Origin: Malacoraja senta
Taxonomy: Eukaryota
DNA: 64,000 nt
Direction of reading: 5' to 3'
Assembly (NCBI GenBank): GCA_038087875.1
Contig: CM075990.1
Coordinates: 5,892,001-5,956,000, forward strand
The notes below the pieces were generated by a model. The model worked only from the letters and a program-made list of their open reading frames with translations, searched no databases and was not told where the DNA came from. The position numbers and the translations under genes are program-made. Positions 37,188 to 51,200 of the stretch are shown piece after piece (the first letter of the stretch is position 1; each line of letters begins with the position of its first letter).

Positions 37188-37995
37188 CTGAAAACAAGAC
37201 AATTTAAGACTCAACTTCAAAAGTTTGTTTGAACAGTACTCTGGAACAATTTTCAAAATAATAGATATTTCAACATGTTATTTCCAAATCAGTCAACTCC
37301 ATAAAAAGTTAAATAACTTTGATGTTAAACAATCTTTAAATCCACCAAGAGCAATTATTCATAGTTGAGCATGCACACTCGAAGTCAAAAGTTTATAAAT
37401 TCAAGTCTCATTCCAGATTCTTAGACGTATCTCAGAATATTTCACTATTGTGCAGTGATAACCTCACTAACAGATTTGCTGTATTTCATCTCTGGTCCCC
37501 ATCTGTAAGCTCAGCTGATCAAAAAGGATTGAACACCATGAATTCTCTGTATGTGTAGGTCAACATTAATCAACAATACCATTTCTAATTTGAACAGTAA
37601 TTCATGTCATTCACTGTTAGTGTGGGCTTATTAATATGAGCTAAATAGTTGGTGTATTTTGTTGCTGATAACACTGCTCACTACTTCAAAATAATTAATT
37701 GTATTGTACAAGTTTCAAAAAATCCTGAGAATAGGGAAAGTGGTGAATGAAAATATGTTTTTACAAAAGAAAACACAACAGCATTTATTAGCCAAGGGAG
37801 ATTGTCTACAAATTGCTGTGCAGACAATATGCTGCATAATCCATACTGCACAAATAATAAATTAGTATCCCAAATTCAGGCTGGTGTTTTGTGCATGCAA
37901 TATTTTTTTAGGTTAGGTTCCAAGTGTCATTTCATACTATGCAACAATTAATGTAATTGACATTTGCTTTGGTTTTATAATCCCTCATGTATTCA

Positions 37996-38195
37996 NNNNN
38001 NNNNNNNNNNNNNNNNNNNNNNNNNNNNNNNNNNNNNNNNNNNNNNNNNNNNNNNNNNNNNNNNNNNNNNNNNNNNNNNNNNNNNNNNNNNNNNNNNNNN
38101 NNNNNNNNNNNNNNNNNNNNNNNNNNNNNNNNNNNNNNNNNNNNNNNNNNNNNNNNNNNNNNNNNNNNNNNNNNNNNNNNNNNNNNNNNNNNNNN
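37996..38195. other. Assembly gap (200 N)
   Basis: Run of N. Confidence 1.
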
Positions 38196-41100
38196 GTGTG
38201 AATCGATTGGAGGGTGGGTGTACAGAGGTGACAACCATTCCCTTTCCCTTACGAGTCGTGGAGCATGGAAACAGGCCCTTTGGCCCAACTTGTACATGCT
38301 GATCAAGATGCTCCATCTAAGCTGGTCCCATTTGTCAAACTTTTGGCCCATATCTCTCGAAACCTTACGTATCCATGCACTTGTCCAAGTGTTTATAAAT
38401 GTTGTCAGAATACATTCCTCAACTACCTCCTCTGGCTTATACCCACCACCCTCTGAATGGAAAAAGTTGCCCCTCAGAATTGTATTAAATCTTTAACCTT
38501 CTACCTTAAACCTACATCCTCTGGTGTTTGATTCTGCTTGCCTGGGTAAAATTATTTGTGCATTCACCTTATTTACTCACCTCATTTTATACACCTATAT
38601 AAGATCACCCCTCAGCCTCCTGCACTCCATGGAATAAAGACCTAACCTGCCCAACCTCTCCCTGTATCTCAGTTCCTCGCGTCCTGGCAACAACCTCATA
38701 AATCTTTCTCTGCACTCTTTCCAACTTATTGACATCCTTCCTATAGAAGGGTGACCAAAAGTGAACATTGTGCCCCAAATGTGGCTTCACCAACATCTTC
38801 CACAACTGTCAAGGCCCTGTCCCATTGTACGAGTTCATTCCAAGAGCTTTCCCGAGTTAAAAAAAAATCAAACTCATGATAAGCACGGAGAATGAACGTA
38901 GCGGGTACGTCGGAGCTCGGGGACGTCTCTTAGCGGCTCGTAACGCTAACGGCAGGTATTCGGGAAGACTCGCTAACGGCAGGTAAGCTCGGGAAGACTC
39001 GTGAAGATTTTTCAACATGTTGAAAAATGTCCACGAGAGCCCCGAGTACCGACAAGCGGTCATTACCGTAAATCTCTGAGTTCGAATCAGGGCAAACTCA
39101 GGAGAACTCTTGGAACGAACTCGTACCGTGAGACAGGGCCATAACATAATGTCCAAATGTCTCTACTGAATACCCTGACTGATGAAGGACAATATACCAA
39201 ATGCCTTTTTGACCACTTTAATCTACCTGTGACGCCACTTTCAAGTAACTAGGGCGGCAAGGTGGCGCATCAGTAGAATTGCTGCCTTATAGCGCTTGCA
39301 GCGCCAGAGACACGGGTTCGATCCTGATGACCGAAGCTGTCTGTACGGAGATTGTACGTTCTCCCCGTGACCTGCGTGGGTTTTCTCCAAGTTCTTCGGT
39401 TTCCTTCTACACTCCAAAGATGTACAGGTTTGTAGGTTAATTGGCTTGGTAAAAGTAAAAATTGTCCCTAATGTGTGTGTAGGATAGTGTTAATATGCAG
39501 GGATCGCTGGTCGGCGTGGGCCGAAGGGCCTGTTTCCGCGCTGTATCTCTAAACTAAACAATGTACCTGCACTCCTAGATTCCTCTGCTCTACAACGTTC
39601 CACATTGCCCTGCTATTAACTGTGATGCTCCTACCTGGTTGTCTTTCCCAAATGCAACACCTCACACTTATCTGCATCAAATTCTATTAGCCATTCCTCA
39701 TTCCAGCTTGTCCAGCTGATGAAGCTGGAATGAGGAATATTTCATAGCTGCCGTAATATTTCATAGCTTTTAGACATAGTTTCATAATTTTTAATAGTCT
39801 GTATACCCTTTATCCTTACTAGCCACTTTCTGAGACTCAAGTATGGAATTAACACCAAAGGAGGAAAGGCATTCCTTAATCAGGGTGAGATTGTTCATCT
39901 TATTTCTCATTTGCATCCTGACTCAAGGATTTGAAACCATTTTGGCATTTTCTTTGGCCTGTTAGTCCCTTCCTCTGACAAGCTAGAGTTAAAACTCTGC
40001 GGTAGATAAGGGTATTATCTGGAATAACCTGATAACAAGGCTTTAGAACATGAAGAAGGGAGTCATCAACAAGAATCAGTAGCAGGTCTTCAAGATTAAA
40101 GTTGAGAGGCTACATCTTTTTCAAAGTGCTGCAGGTCAAACCAGTACATTGAGCAGCCTGCCAGAGACATGGTTAATTCAGAACCAGCGTAATGACTAGA
40201 CAGTTTAAACAAATAACGATTATTACAAGGACAAGACTGAGAGCATTTTAAAACCACTGTAATATAAGGTCATTCACATGACTATTATAAAGCAGGTCTC
40301 TTGAGGACTTGGTTTGAATCCTGGATGATATTGAGTGGGTGTTGGGCAGCATACACACCTGTCTATGCTTCTTGAGTGCCGCACCTGAACCACATCTAGG
40401 GCTAGGACTGGTGTTGGCAGTCTTGATACTCTGTCCTTAAAAACCTTTTGCTGAGGTGAATACTGGTGGTCAAGATATGATTGAATGATGGAGTAGACTT
40501 GATGGGCCGAATGGCCTAATACCATTCCTATCGCTAATGAAAGCAGCATTGCAATATGTAGGAAAGAACTGCAGATGCTAATTCACACCGGATAGACACA
40601 AAATGCTGGAGCAACTCAGCAGGACAGGCAGCACCTCTGGATGGAAGGAATAGGTGACGTTTCGGGTCGAGACTCTTCTTCAGACTCAGACCCTTCTCCC
40701 AGTCTGAAGAAGGGACTCGACCTTAAAACGTCACCCATTCCTTTTATCCAGAGATGCTGCCTGTCCCACTGAGTTACTCCCGCATTTAGTGTCTATCAGC
40801 ATTGCAATAGATCTATACTTGAGAAAGAGAGAAAGCAAGAGGCATTTTTGCGAGAATAGTTGAGAATGGGGAGATGCAATAAAGACATTGCAATTTGCTA
40901 GCTGTTATAGAGTTTATTTGCAGAACCACTGGTTGGACTACTCCTGACCCAATACTGATGGGACCTCCAACACAAGTTCTGAACCTTTTCAGAGAGTGCT
41001 TAATGTCCCAACCTCAGAAATCTTCTTGGTGACCTCTTCAAATTTGTGAGATGTGATTTCCTATGAGAGCCATGAACTGAATATTAATCAGAAGGACATC

Positions 41101-44100
41101 AAGACATTTTTTGAACATTGTCAATCAGTAGTGTACATATTATATCAGAGAATTAAAATGCCTCTTGATTGAGTCAATACTGATGCCATTGGATCTCAAG
41201 GAGTCTCCTATTCAAAGGGAAAGCAGTGCTTTTGAGGATAGACTGGTGGGGGAGAGGGAATAGGCCAAGCAATGAAATCTCCAGAAACTTCGCAACAAGT
41301 GTTGCTATCTCTATAAGTAATTAAAAGTTTTCAAAGAGTGAATAAAAGAGAGTCGATTCACGAAGACAGATTCAATGAAACATATCAGAATCAGAATAAC
41401 TGCATATAGTTCTTGCTGCCATCCAATTGATTACAGGCTTAAAATAAATAGATTTACAGAGTTTTTCCAAATGAAAATGTCTCCAATTCATTGTTCCCTG
41501 CTGAATCCTGCTTTTTTATTGCTAGGGATGGTCTGGGAGAGGATGTTGACATTGGTTTGCTCATCCTTCCAGTATATTAGGAGGGTTTTCTAGACAGCAT
41601 TGATAGTCCAGGGGTCAGAAGGGTAGGAGACACTGCAGTGGCATCCATGAGTTCTACACTGGGTTTGAGGCCAGCTTTAATACTAGATTTTTTAGGCAGT
41701 CCAGGTGACTAGGCTGTCACCACATGGTCACCGGGGTGTCACCTGTATGGTCATGAGTAGTCTCCTCAGCCGCCCAAAGAGTTGTAGCGTTTTTTGGGTC
41801 ACCGCTGGATTTTGAAATGTTCAACATTTTCAGCGAGTCAGCAACAGTGGGCTTGACGCCAATGAGCGTAGCTTGACTTCTCCTGATGTAGGTGCTGTCA
41901 TAGTTGTCGCCAGGAAGTTGTCACCAGGAGACGTAGGTTGGTGCCGGTGCTGACTTCGGTGAATTTCATCGGCGACTACCTACGTCAACGAGCGAAAGGT
42001 ACCGGTGACTGAATTGTCTTAAGTTGTCTTCAGTTGTTACTGACAGGGTCGTAGCTTGTCGCGGGTGGACGTAGGTTGTCGTAGGTGTGGTCATAGGTGG
42101 ACGTCCTAATCGGTCGCCGGTTGTCGGTAGCTTGCCGTAGCTTGACATCGACGAGGTGGTAGGCTGTCGTAGCTTGTCGTAGACATTGTCGTATGGGGGG
42201 TCCAGTCGCCGAAAAAATCACCTAAGTGGTACAGGCCCTTAAGGCCCACGCTCCTGCATGCTTCACTGAATGCACCAGCAATGCCTTGGAGCATGGCCAC
42301 AGTCTATTATGTTTAGCTTGCCACATCATTTGCATGCCTGATACCAGACTCCCCAAACAGACATTTCATTCTGAGGATAGACACAAAATGCTGGAATAAC
42401 TCTGCAGGTCAGATAGAATCTCTGGAGAAAAGGAATAGATGACGTTTCGGGTTGAGACCCTTCTTGAAGGTGTTCTTTTTCTCCAGAGATGCTGCCCGAC
42501 CTGTTGAGTTACTCCAGCATTCTGTGTCTTATCTTCAGTGTAAACCAGCATCTGCAGTTCCTTCTCACACGTTCTATTCTGAGCACGATATTGAGTGGAA
42601 ATTAACAAGTAGATGGAGAAAATGCTCCAAAGATGCGCTCAAAGCTTTCTTGAAGCAGTGCAACAACCCAACTGACTCCGCGTTACCTCAAAATGGCGGA
42701 GGAGCAGTTGGGATGGTATTGAGTGCCATTAGACTATGCATTAAGAGCACACCAAAGCCTTCTGTAGACAGTGGAAGGAATGCATCGCAGAACAAGTTGC
42801 CCACACACACTGTCCGCCACCTCCTCCCCAGTCTGTGAAAGACTTCATTAGCTGCTCAAGAACAGAAAAAGTCAGAGGAGAAGAAAGTCATCCTCAATTC
42901 CGAGGGACTGCCTAAGAAGTAGATTCTGTTTATTGGCTAAGTATATATTTATGTTGAATCTACTGAGTACTCTGTTCTTTATCGTTGCAAATTCGTGTAT
43001 TCAATAGTGATTAGCGACCTTCAGTAAATGTTACGTGACATAAGAAACTGCAGACGTTGTAATCTTGAGCAAAGCACAAAGTGCTGGAGGAACTCAGCAG
43101 GTCAAGCAGCATCTGTGGTGGAGGTGGACAGATGACATTTTGGGTTGTGACCCTTCTTCAGTCTGAAGCAAAGATCCTATAGCGGAGCTTGCTATAGCAA
43201 GCTCGGCTATAGGATCTTTGCTTCAGACTGAGCCTGAAGAAGTGTGGAGACCCAAAACATTGTCTGTCCATTTCCTCCACCGATGCTGCCCGACCTGCTA
43301 AGTTCCTCTAGCACTTTGTGTAGTGCTTTAGTAAATGTTTTACGGTTTACATTTTTATCAATAACAAAGGGAATTGAGTGAATAAGCATCTAGCAAATCA
43401 GTTGTCCTTCTCACATAACGATAGGAAATACTGAAAATCCTCAGCAGTTTCGGCACACAAAATCAATGGTAATCGCTGTGTTTCATCAGAACTGTAGTTA
43501 CATTTTGCAAAGAAAAGGAGAAGGGAGAAGGACAAAGGAAATGTCTGACATAAGGCATAATGGAGGAGACTGAATGTTATGCACGCCTAGAAAAGACAAG
43601 TAAAATGTAGTTTATAACAAAAGGTTTTTCTTACTTTGCCCATTTCAGATGATAGATCATTGAACTGTTAACTTTGTTTCTCCCTCCATAGAGGTTACTT
43701 CACCTTGAAAGTGTTTCCAGTATTTTCTGTTGACTTTGAAAGCAACAGCGATACCCACACTTTCCCTGTGTGTATTCGAGCTGTCCAGTTCTGATGAAAC
43801 GTCAAGAGCCTCAATTGTTAACTTCTCCAGCTGTAGTTGCTGTCTTACCCTCTGGGTATTCTCAGCATTGTATTTTATTTCAGATTTGCAGCAACTGTTG
43901 TGTTTTATGCCTCACCAATCCAGTCTCATTCATCTTCCATTAATACCCCATCCATGTCAGCTGCAGTTAACAAGCCCTCAAACCTCCGAGAAGCCCCATT
44001 ACCATCTGTGTTCTTTTATTTGTTGCTATCCACAATCCCTACCTTCCTCTATTAACTCCCTACTGCAATCTCATCCCACTTCTCAGCAACTTAAAACATG

Positions 44101-44834
44101 CTTGTTTTCTATCTCGTGCTCTCTCTACAACTGTCCTGCTGACTATTACTAGAACTTTTCTTTTTAGAGCACAGTAATATTGAACTGCTAAGAGCAAGCA
44201 CAAACTTTTTTTATTCAGCTACGAGTTCAGCATCTCGAACGTAATAGGTTTTATCTAAATCAAAAATAAAAGTGACTGTTTCACAACTAATGGATGAAAG
44301 CCAATGAAACAATAGGTTTTGTTTATTTTAAATAAACTTAATTCCAAGTCAAAAATGTGAGTCTAATAAACCAGTGTTTGGGGGAATGTGAGATTTGGGA
44401 GAGCTGAATAATTTTATCTCTGTTTTCAGTTAAATGACACCTTATTTGCTTTGAAATACCACTGCAACTTCAACAACCTCTTAATTGCTCAACATAAAAA
44501 GGCAGCTAAATTAAACCTCATTGCTCTGACCTTGCAATTGACGAACACACGGGAGTGGATTCAACTGATAAGATGATTAAAATAAGGGAAGAAAATTGGG
44601 TAAAAGGCAAAAAAAAAAATGGAAGCATAGGTCAGGGATTGGGAGGCCGAATTATGTGAAATGCTGTGTTCTTGATTTGAAAGATTAGCCAACATATCAA
44701 ATAATGTAGTTTTGGCAAGTGTCTATTAACATGACAGGATAGTATATTTTGATTTGGAGAATATTTGTCGTCAATGTCCCAGTACACTTACTGACTTTCA
44801 TATTTGCATTTTACTTTTAAATTACAACATCAAC

Positions 44835-44840
44835 TTTATT
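44835..44840 (-). promoter_or_regulatory. Candidate polyadenylation signal of the MTTP-like gene
   Basis: AATAAA on the minus strand ~225 nt downstream of the stop codon. Confidence 0.5.
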
Positions 44841-45065
44841 AATGATTATCACATCCAGAGGTGAATTGGTTAAGAACCTGCCAGAGGACAGTTACACTGA
44901 GAGCAAGTAGGTTGTTAATCATAGAGCCATGTCAAAGTGGGGTTTACAGAATGGTAAAGGTATGGGGAAGAGATGCAGCGGGTCAGAGGAAATTGTCAAC
45001 CCAGCTACTTTTGCTCTTTGATTTGGGCATTCAGCAGCATATCAGTTCAGCGCCCATTTTAAAGC

Positions 45066-45213
45066 CTACTGTTGCTCTGCGAACATTTTTTTACACATTT
45101 CGGAATTGGCTTGATGCAGAGGCAATTCTGCTCCCTGAAAAGTCCTTGTTCTCTTCTTCCTCTTGGAAAACACTACATGCTCTTGCAATGATTTGTAGAT
45201 CGTAACCTTCTCT
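45066..45213 (-). CDS. mttp: MTTP-like terminal exon
   Basis: EKVTIYKSLQEHVVFSKRKKRTRTFQGAELPLHQANSEMCKKMFAEQQ-TAG; acceptor ttgttttcag; this frame is not in the ORF track. Confidence 0.92.
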
Positions 45214-48200
45214 CTGAAAACAAGACAATTTAAGACTCAACTTCAAAAGTTTGTTTGAACAGTACTCTGGAACAATTTTCAAAATAATAGATATTTCAAC
45301 ATGTTATTTCCAAATCAGTCAACTCCATAAAAAGTTAAATAACTTTGATGTTAAACAATCTTTAAATCCACCAAGAGCAATTATTCATAGTTGAGCATGC
45401 ACACTCGAAGTCAAAAGTTTATAAATTCAAGTCTCATTCCAGATTCTTAGACGTATCTCAGAATATTTCACTATTGTGCAGTGATAACCTCACTAACAGA
45501 TTTGCTGTATTTCATCTCTGGTCCCCATCTGTAAGCTCAGCTGATCAAAAAGGATTGAACACCATGAATTCTCTGTATGTGTAGGTCAACATTAATCAAC
45601 AATACCATTTCTAATTTGAACAGTAATTCATGTCATTCACTGTTAGTGTGGGCTTATTAATATGAGCTAAATAGTTGGTGTATTTTGTTGCTGATAACAC
45701 TGCTCACTACTTCAAAATAATTAATTGTATTGTACAAGTTTCAAAAAATCCTGAGAATAGGGAAAGTGGTGAATGAAAATATGTTTTTACAAAAGAAAAC
45801 ACAACAGCATTTATTAGCCAAGGGAGATTGTCTACAAATTGCTGTGCAGACAATATGCTGCATAATCCATACTGCACAAATAATAAATTAGTATCCCAAA
45901 TTCAGGCTGGTGTTTTGTGCATGCAATATTTTTTTAGGTTAGGTTCCAAGTGTCATTTCATACTATGCAACAATTAATGTAATTGACATTTGCTTTGGTT
46001 TTATAATCCCTCATGTATTCATAAAACTTTATTGCCTCAAAATTCTAGGGTACTCTAATGAATGTTCTAGATGGGTGCAGCAAATGGCCAGCGTTGAAAT
46101 GCTGAGACAAGGCTGAAGGAAAGGTCCAAGTAGGCATATTTTATGCCTTAGCATGTACATAATGGTGGAAAAATGGATTATCAGAAAATGAACGTCTTAG
46201 TTACAGAAGGGTCTCCACCCGAAACGTCACCTACTCCTTTTCTCCAGAGATGCACCCTGACCCGCTGAGTTACTCCAGCTTTTTGCTTCTATCTTAGTTA
46301 CAGACTATTAGGACCCTGGTCAAAGTTGGCAATGGAACAAGCTGCATTGCAGAAACGAAGGAGTAGAAATTATATGCAGGATAATTTAACGAGAATACTG
46401 AAAGAAAAGTTACCTGGATTGGAATGGTCCATTCAACAATTGTAGACAAATCAGAATTGGGGAATCTAAAAATTTAACGGAACTGACAAAATCCAAAGCA
46501 GCTGTTGCCTCGGAATTGCTTTTCACTCCTGCTTGAGCAAAAGTCGTGTCCACCTTGATTACAGAATTAATAACCAGTGCCCCTCTGCAGATCAATGGAA
46601 ACATATCACAGTTAAACAAGACAATATTTAAGCGACTGATCAAGCAATAGTTAAGTACTTAAAATTTCGTTCAGACCGAAAGGTCTGAATGACAATAAAG
46701 TTTCCAAGATTCCAAGATGCTTTCAAGTTAATTGATCATCTTTCCATTTTGGGTCAGGGAAATCAGAATCTGGTGGCATGGTGGTAGATTTGCTGCCTTA
46801 CAGTGCTTGCAGCGTCAGAGACCCGGGTTCGATCCCGACTATGGGTGCTGTCTATACGGAGTTTGTATATTCTCCCCATGACCGTGTGGGCTTTCTCCCA
46901 GATCTCCGGTTTCCTCCCACACCCCAAAGACGTACAGGGTTGTAGGTTGATTGGCTTGGGTATACTTGGTATGTCCCTGACGTGTGTAGGCTTGTGCGAA
47001 TGTGTGGGGATCTCTGGTCGGTGCGGACCCAGTGGGCCGAAGGGCCTGTTTCCGCGCTGTATCTCTAACCTAAACTAAACTAAATGTCACAAATCTTAAA
47101 GGTATTAAATTCCAAGCATTTTACATACTAATTTCCTTGTCGCTGAACACATCCACAATGTTTCACCAGATTTATTACGAATAAAAACTAATAAGACAGT
47201 GGACAACAAAGACAGACCTCATGTGGAATACCACATGTGGCATCTTGATTTTGTTCAATACTCTCCTGATGCTTAAACTTCCAGCAAATTCTGCTCTTAG
47301 CTTCTGTTGCTAAAGCACACTAATATATCTTTATGTGCTTCAATTTATCATTTTGTCGTATCGAATTTCTGGGAATTACTTTGGGAGATGGCACTGGAAG
47401 AATGGAATTGAAAAAAAATAGACACATGGACGCAGTCTGCATTGATGGAGGACACCACCAACTTAGCTTGGCCAGGATGAACCCGCAACACTGCCAGGAC
47501 ATCCGGCCTTTATGGCAAAGTTAAGCATCTACATGTATAACAACTTTAGACTTGAATCAGGAAAAATAACTCCAGAAAATATGGTGACCCTTGTACACTG
47601 TCTCAGTGAAATCTACTATTCCTATACATTTGTACTTAACTATGATTGTGCTTATATATTTTTACTGAACTGGATGCAAAAAAAGGAATTTCACTGTACT
47701 TCTGTACATGTGACAATAAAGTACCATTTGAACTATTTAATTTACAAAGAGAGAAAAGCAAAGTATAGAGTCATAGATTTGAACAGCATGGAAATGGCCT
47801 TCGACCCAATTGCCATGTTCACCTAGATGACGATCTAAGCTCGTCCCATTTGCCTGCATTTCTCCCACATCCCTCTAAAGTTTCCTACCCATGTACTGGT
47901 CTAAATATCTTTTAAAAGTTGGAATTGAATCTGTCTTTACAGCTTCGCCTGGCAGCTCATTCCATGAACCCACAACCCCATGTGTAAGAAAGTTGCTCCT
48001 CGGGTCCATTTATAAATCTTTACAGCCTTTCCTTATATATATGCCCTCTAGTTTTATTCCCCCCTGACCCTGGAATAAAGACTCTGACCATCCACATTGC
48101 AAAGTTCAATTTTATTGCAAATTGACCTTCTGCCTACAATGTCTTCTAGGAGAAGCTGGCTTGCTGTTGGATATGCTAGCGAAATGGCGACCATCTGCAG

Positions 48201-51200
48201 TCTCCACCTTGTGGTTATTCATCATGCACAAGCCTTTATTGTGATTCCTTGGATCATTGACTGAGAGAGAAAAAAACACACTTGAGGCAATGAAAACTGG
48301 TGACCTCAGGAAGGGTAAGCTATCCTCTTGGCTAACTTCCAATGAATGCAAACATTTCAAGTTTGCCATTTGTTTGCCAACAACATAAAAATAGGTGAAA
48401 GAACATGTTTCAATGAGGATATTGTGACTCTGCAATGGGATAGATTGAATGATTTATTGGGCAGACATTTGACAAATGAAGTTTAATGTGGGAAAGAGAC
48501 ATGGAGAAAAAAAAAATGTGCACAAGAGAGACAAACTTTCATTGACAATAGACAATAGGTGCAGGAGTAGGCCATTCGGCCCTTCGAGCCAGCACCGCCG
48601 TTCAATGTGATCATGGCTGATCATCCACAATCAGTACCCCGTTCCTGCCTTCTCCCCATTTCCCTTGACTCGGCTACCTTTAAGAGCTCTGCCTCGCTCT
48701 CCCTTGGAAGCATCCAGAGAGCCAGAGGCAGAGAATTCCACAGACTCACAACTTTCTGTGTGGAAAAAGTTTTCTTTTAACGCAAGAAACAAAAGAATCA
48801 ACGAAGAAAAGATGGACAACAGTATGGAATGGACATAGAGAGAACAACAGATAGAGAATGGGAGAATGTAAGAGAGGGAAAATCAAATCAAAAAAGGGAT
48901 GAATGGAAGAGAGTGTACAAGTGGGAAAGAGAGAGAAAGATGTAGGAAAAAACTTGGATGAGAGGGACTTTAGCAAGGTGAGAGATAATCAGAAGGAGGA
49001 TAAAGTTGAGAAATATGATGTAAGAAGAGAACAATAGAAAGGAAGAAATGTTGAAGCATGGGATTAACGGAGGCAGCGAGGTTTGCAAGGTACAGCCAGT
49101 TTGACTGGACAGAGGAGTTGGTGAGTGAGAAAACAATCGGAAAAGCACAGAGAGAAGCCAAGAAATGCGGAAAGAAAGAATGAAAGATGAGAATGCGGTG
49201 GAAGAGAGACTGATATAGAAAGATATATTAAAAGAGGGTTAGGCACAGAATTAGGTGAAGTGAAATATTGAGTGTGTAATAAAAGGACAAAGTACAAGAG
49301 CAAGTTGTACGACCCTGCAACACCGTCAGGATAACAGACCCTCATGGTCAGGTGAAGGTCCCTGCACTTCCAGCAACTGGGACTTTAAAATGGTGCCAAA
49401 CTGGCGACTGTATACTGTCTCGGTGTATTACTGCTATATACTTGTACTGTTTCTGAGATGCTTATCTAATATGTATCTAAGTGCTTATGGATAGTGATAC
49501 TTGTACTGACCTGTATACAGTAATAAATTTCACTGTACCTCGGTTTAAGGTGAAGGGGAAAAGATTTAATAGGAATCTGAGGGGTAACATTTTTCACACT
49601 AAGGGTGGTGGATGTTTGGAACAAGCTGCCAGAGGAGGTAGTTGAGGCAGGGACTATCCCAACATTTAAGAAACAGTTTGACAGGTACATTGATCAGACA
49701 GATTTGGAGGGATATGGACTGGGCAGGTGGGACTAGTGTAGCTGGGACATGTTGGCCTGTGTGGGCAACTTGGGCTGAAGGGCCTGTTTCCATGTTGTAA
49801 GACTCCATGACTCTATGTGACAAATAAGTACCATATTGTGGTTCTCAGGATTTTGTGGCAAAGTTCCCCCTACTTGAAAAATAGTGAAGATTGTGGAACT
49901 AAAGTACCACAGCTTGATTATATGTTTGCCCTCAGTTTGATGGAAATCCATGAATTTGCATAACTTGTTACAGCTGAGCAACTTATAATCATAGAAGGAC
50001 AAGCGACTTTGAGTCCTGAAAAGCGCTATATAAATAAAATCTATTATTATTATTATTATTATTATATATTGCTGGAGTAACTCAGCATGACAGGCACCAT
50101 TGCCGGAGAACATGATCAGGTAATGTTTCAGTCCAGGAAACCTCTTCAGACTCTGTCCCGATGTGTGTTCTCTGGAGATGCAGCCTGATCCACTAAGTTA
50201 ATCCAGCACTTTGTGTCCTTTTGTGCAAACCACCAGATGGTTTCTTGTTTCTGCAACGTGTCATCATGCTGATTTGCCAAGAAAGCAAAAGCACTGAAAT
50301 TAGTGAAAGGAAGAGCAACACTGGAACAGGGAATTCAGATGGGTACGGCGTGATTTATGAATTATTTATTGAGCTATGTTTAGGAAGAAAGAAACGCAAT
50401 GATCATATGTTGACTTCCATACCTGCTTCTGATGTTGGTTTTACATTTTTGACTCCATAAGCTGAGCTCAATGATGCCAGAAACGTCAATTCCAAGCCCC
50501 CCTTGGAATTCAGCATTTGCTACAAGGCCAGACTGCAACATGAATGACTGCAACAGAGAGGAAATTGTATGATCTGTAACTGTGATAAAATAATGTATTC
50601 GATCTGAGGAAACGTATTAATCCATTATGTGGACAACATTTGTGTGCAGGTAGTGGTGGCTATCTGGAATAATCTGCCAGAGAGAGCACAAGGTTTAGAA
50701 GACATTTGGACTGGTTCATGGATAGGAAACTGCTCAGAGGGCATTTTTTCTGAGCACTGATTCATCAGGGGGAAGAGAGTAGGTGGTAATCAACATTTTT
50801 CTTTGAACATCTTTGCTGTTTATCAACATGAGGACCTAAGGTGCCAATGAAAGTCAAAGAAGCCATTATGAGACTGAGAAACAAGAATAAAACTGTTAGA
50901 GACATCAGGCAAACTGGACAGTAAGCATCGCTTGATAGCAGCATCAAAACGTTGTTGATTCTGTATACTGATTGGGGGGAATGAACCAGATTGGATTTGT
51001 CCTGCTTTTTTTGTGAATAGGGCGTACACAATGTGCCTTCAAAGATTTAACATTTCCATGTTACATGGTGCACAATCTGTAACATCATTCCGTTTATAAT
51101 TGCTCTCTTCACATGCATGACCCCATCTCCTGATTACATTTACATCACAAACTACTGCTATTTTAAAAAAAAATGTTCTCACCCAAAAAAATAATTTACC

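Larger units (their letters stand above)
30170..46021. repeat. 7826-bp direct duplication (30170-37995 = 38196-46021) flanking a 200-N scaffold gap; probable false duplication
   Basis: Constant 8026 offset and identical ORF-track translations in both copies. Copy 1 ends and copy 2 starts exactly at the gap. Confidence 0.95.

Noticed and set aside
37932..38496. ORFs spanning the gap
   Set aside because: Artefacts of translating N.
45091..45282. 63-aa ORF (MKIVPEYC...) as the MTTP-like last exon
   Set aside because: Wrong frame; the spliced frame gives ELPLHQANSEMCK and stops at 45066.
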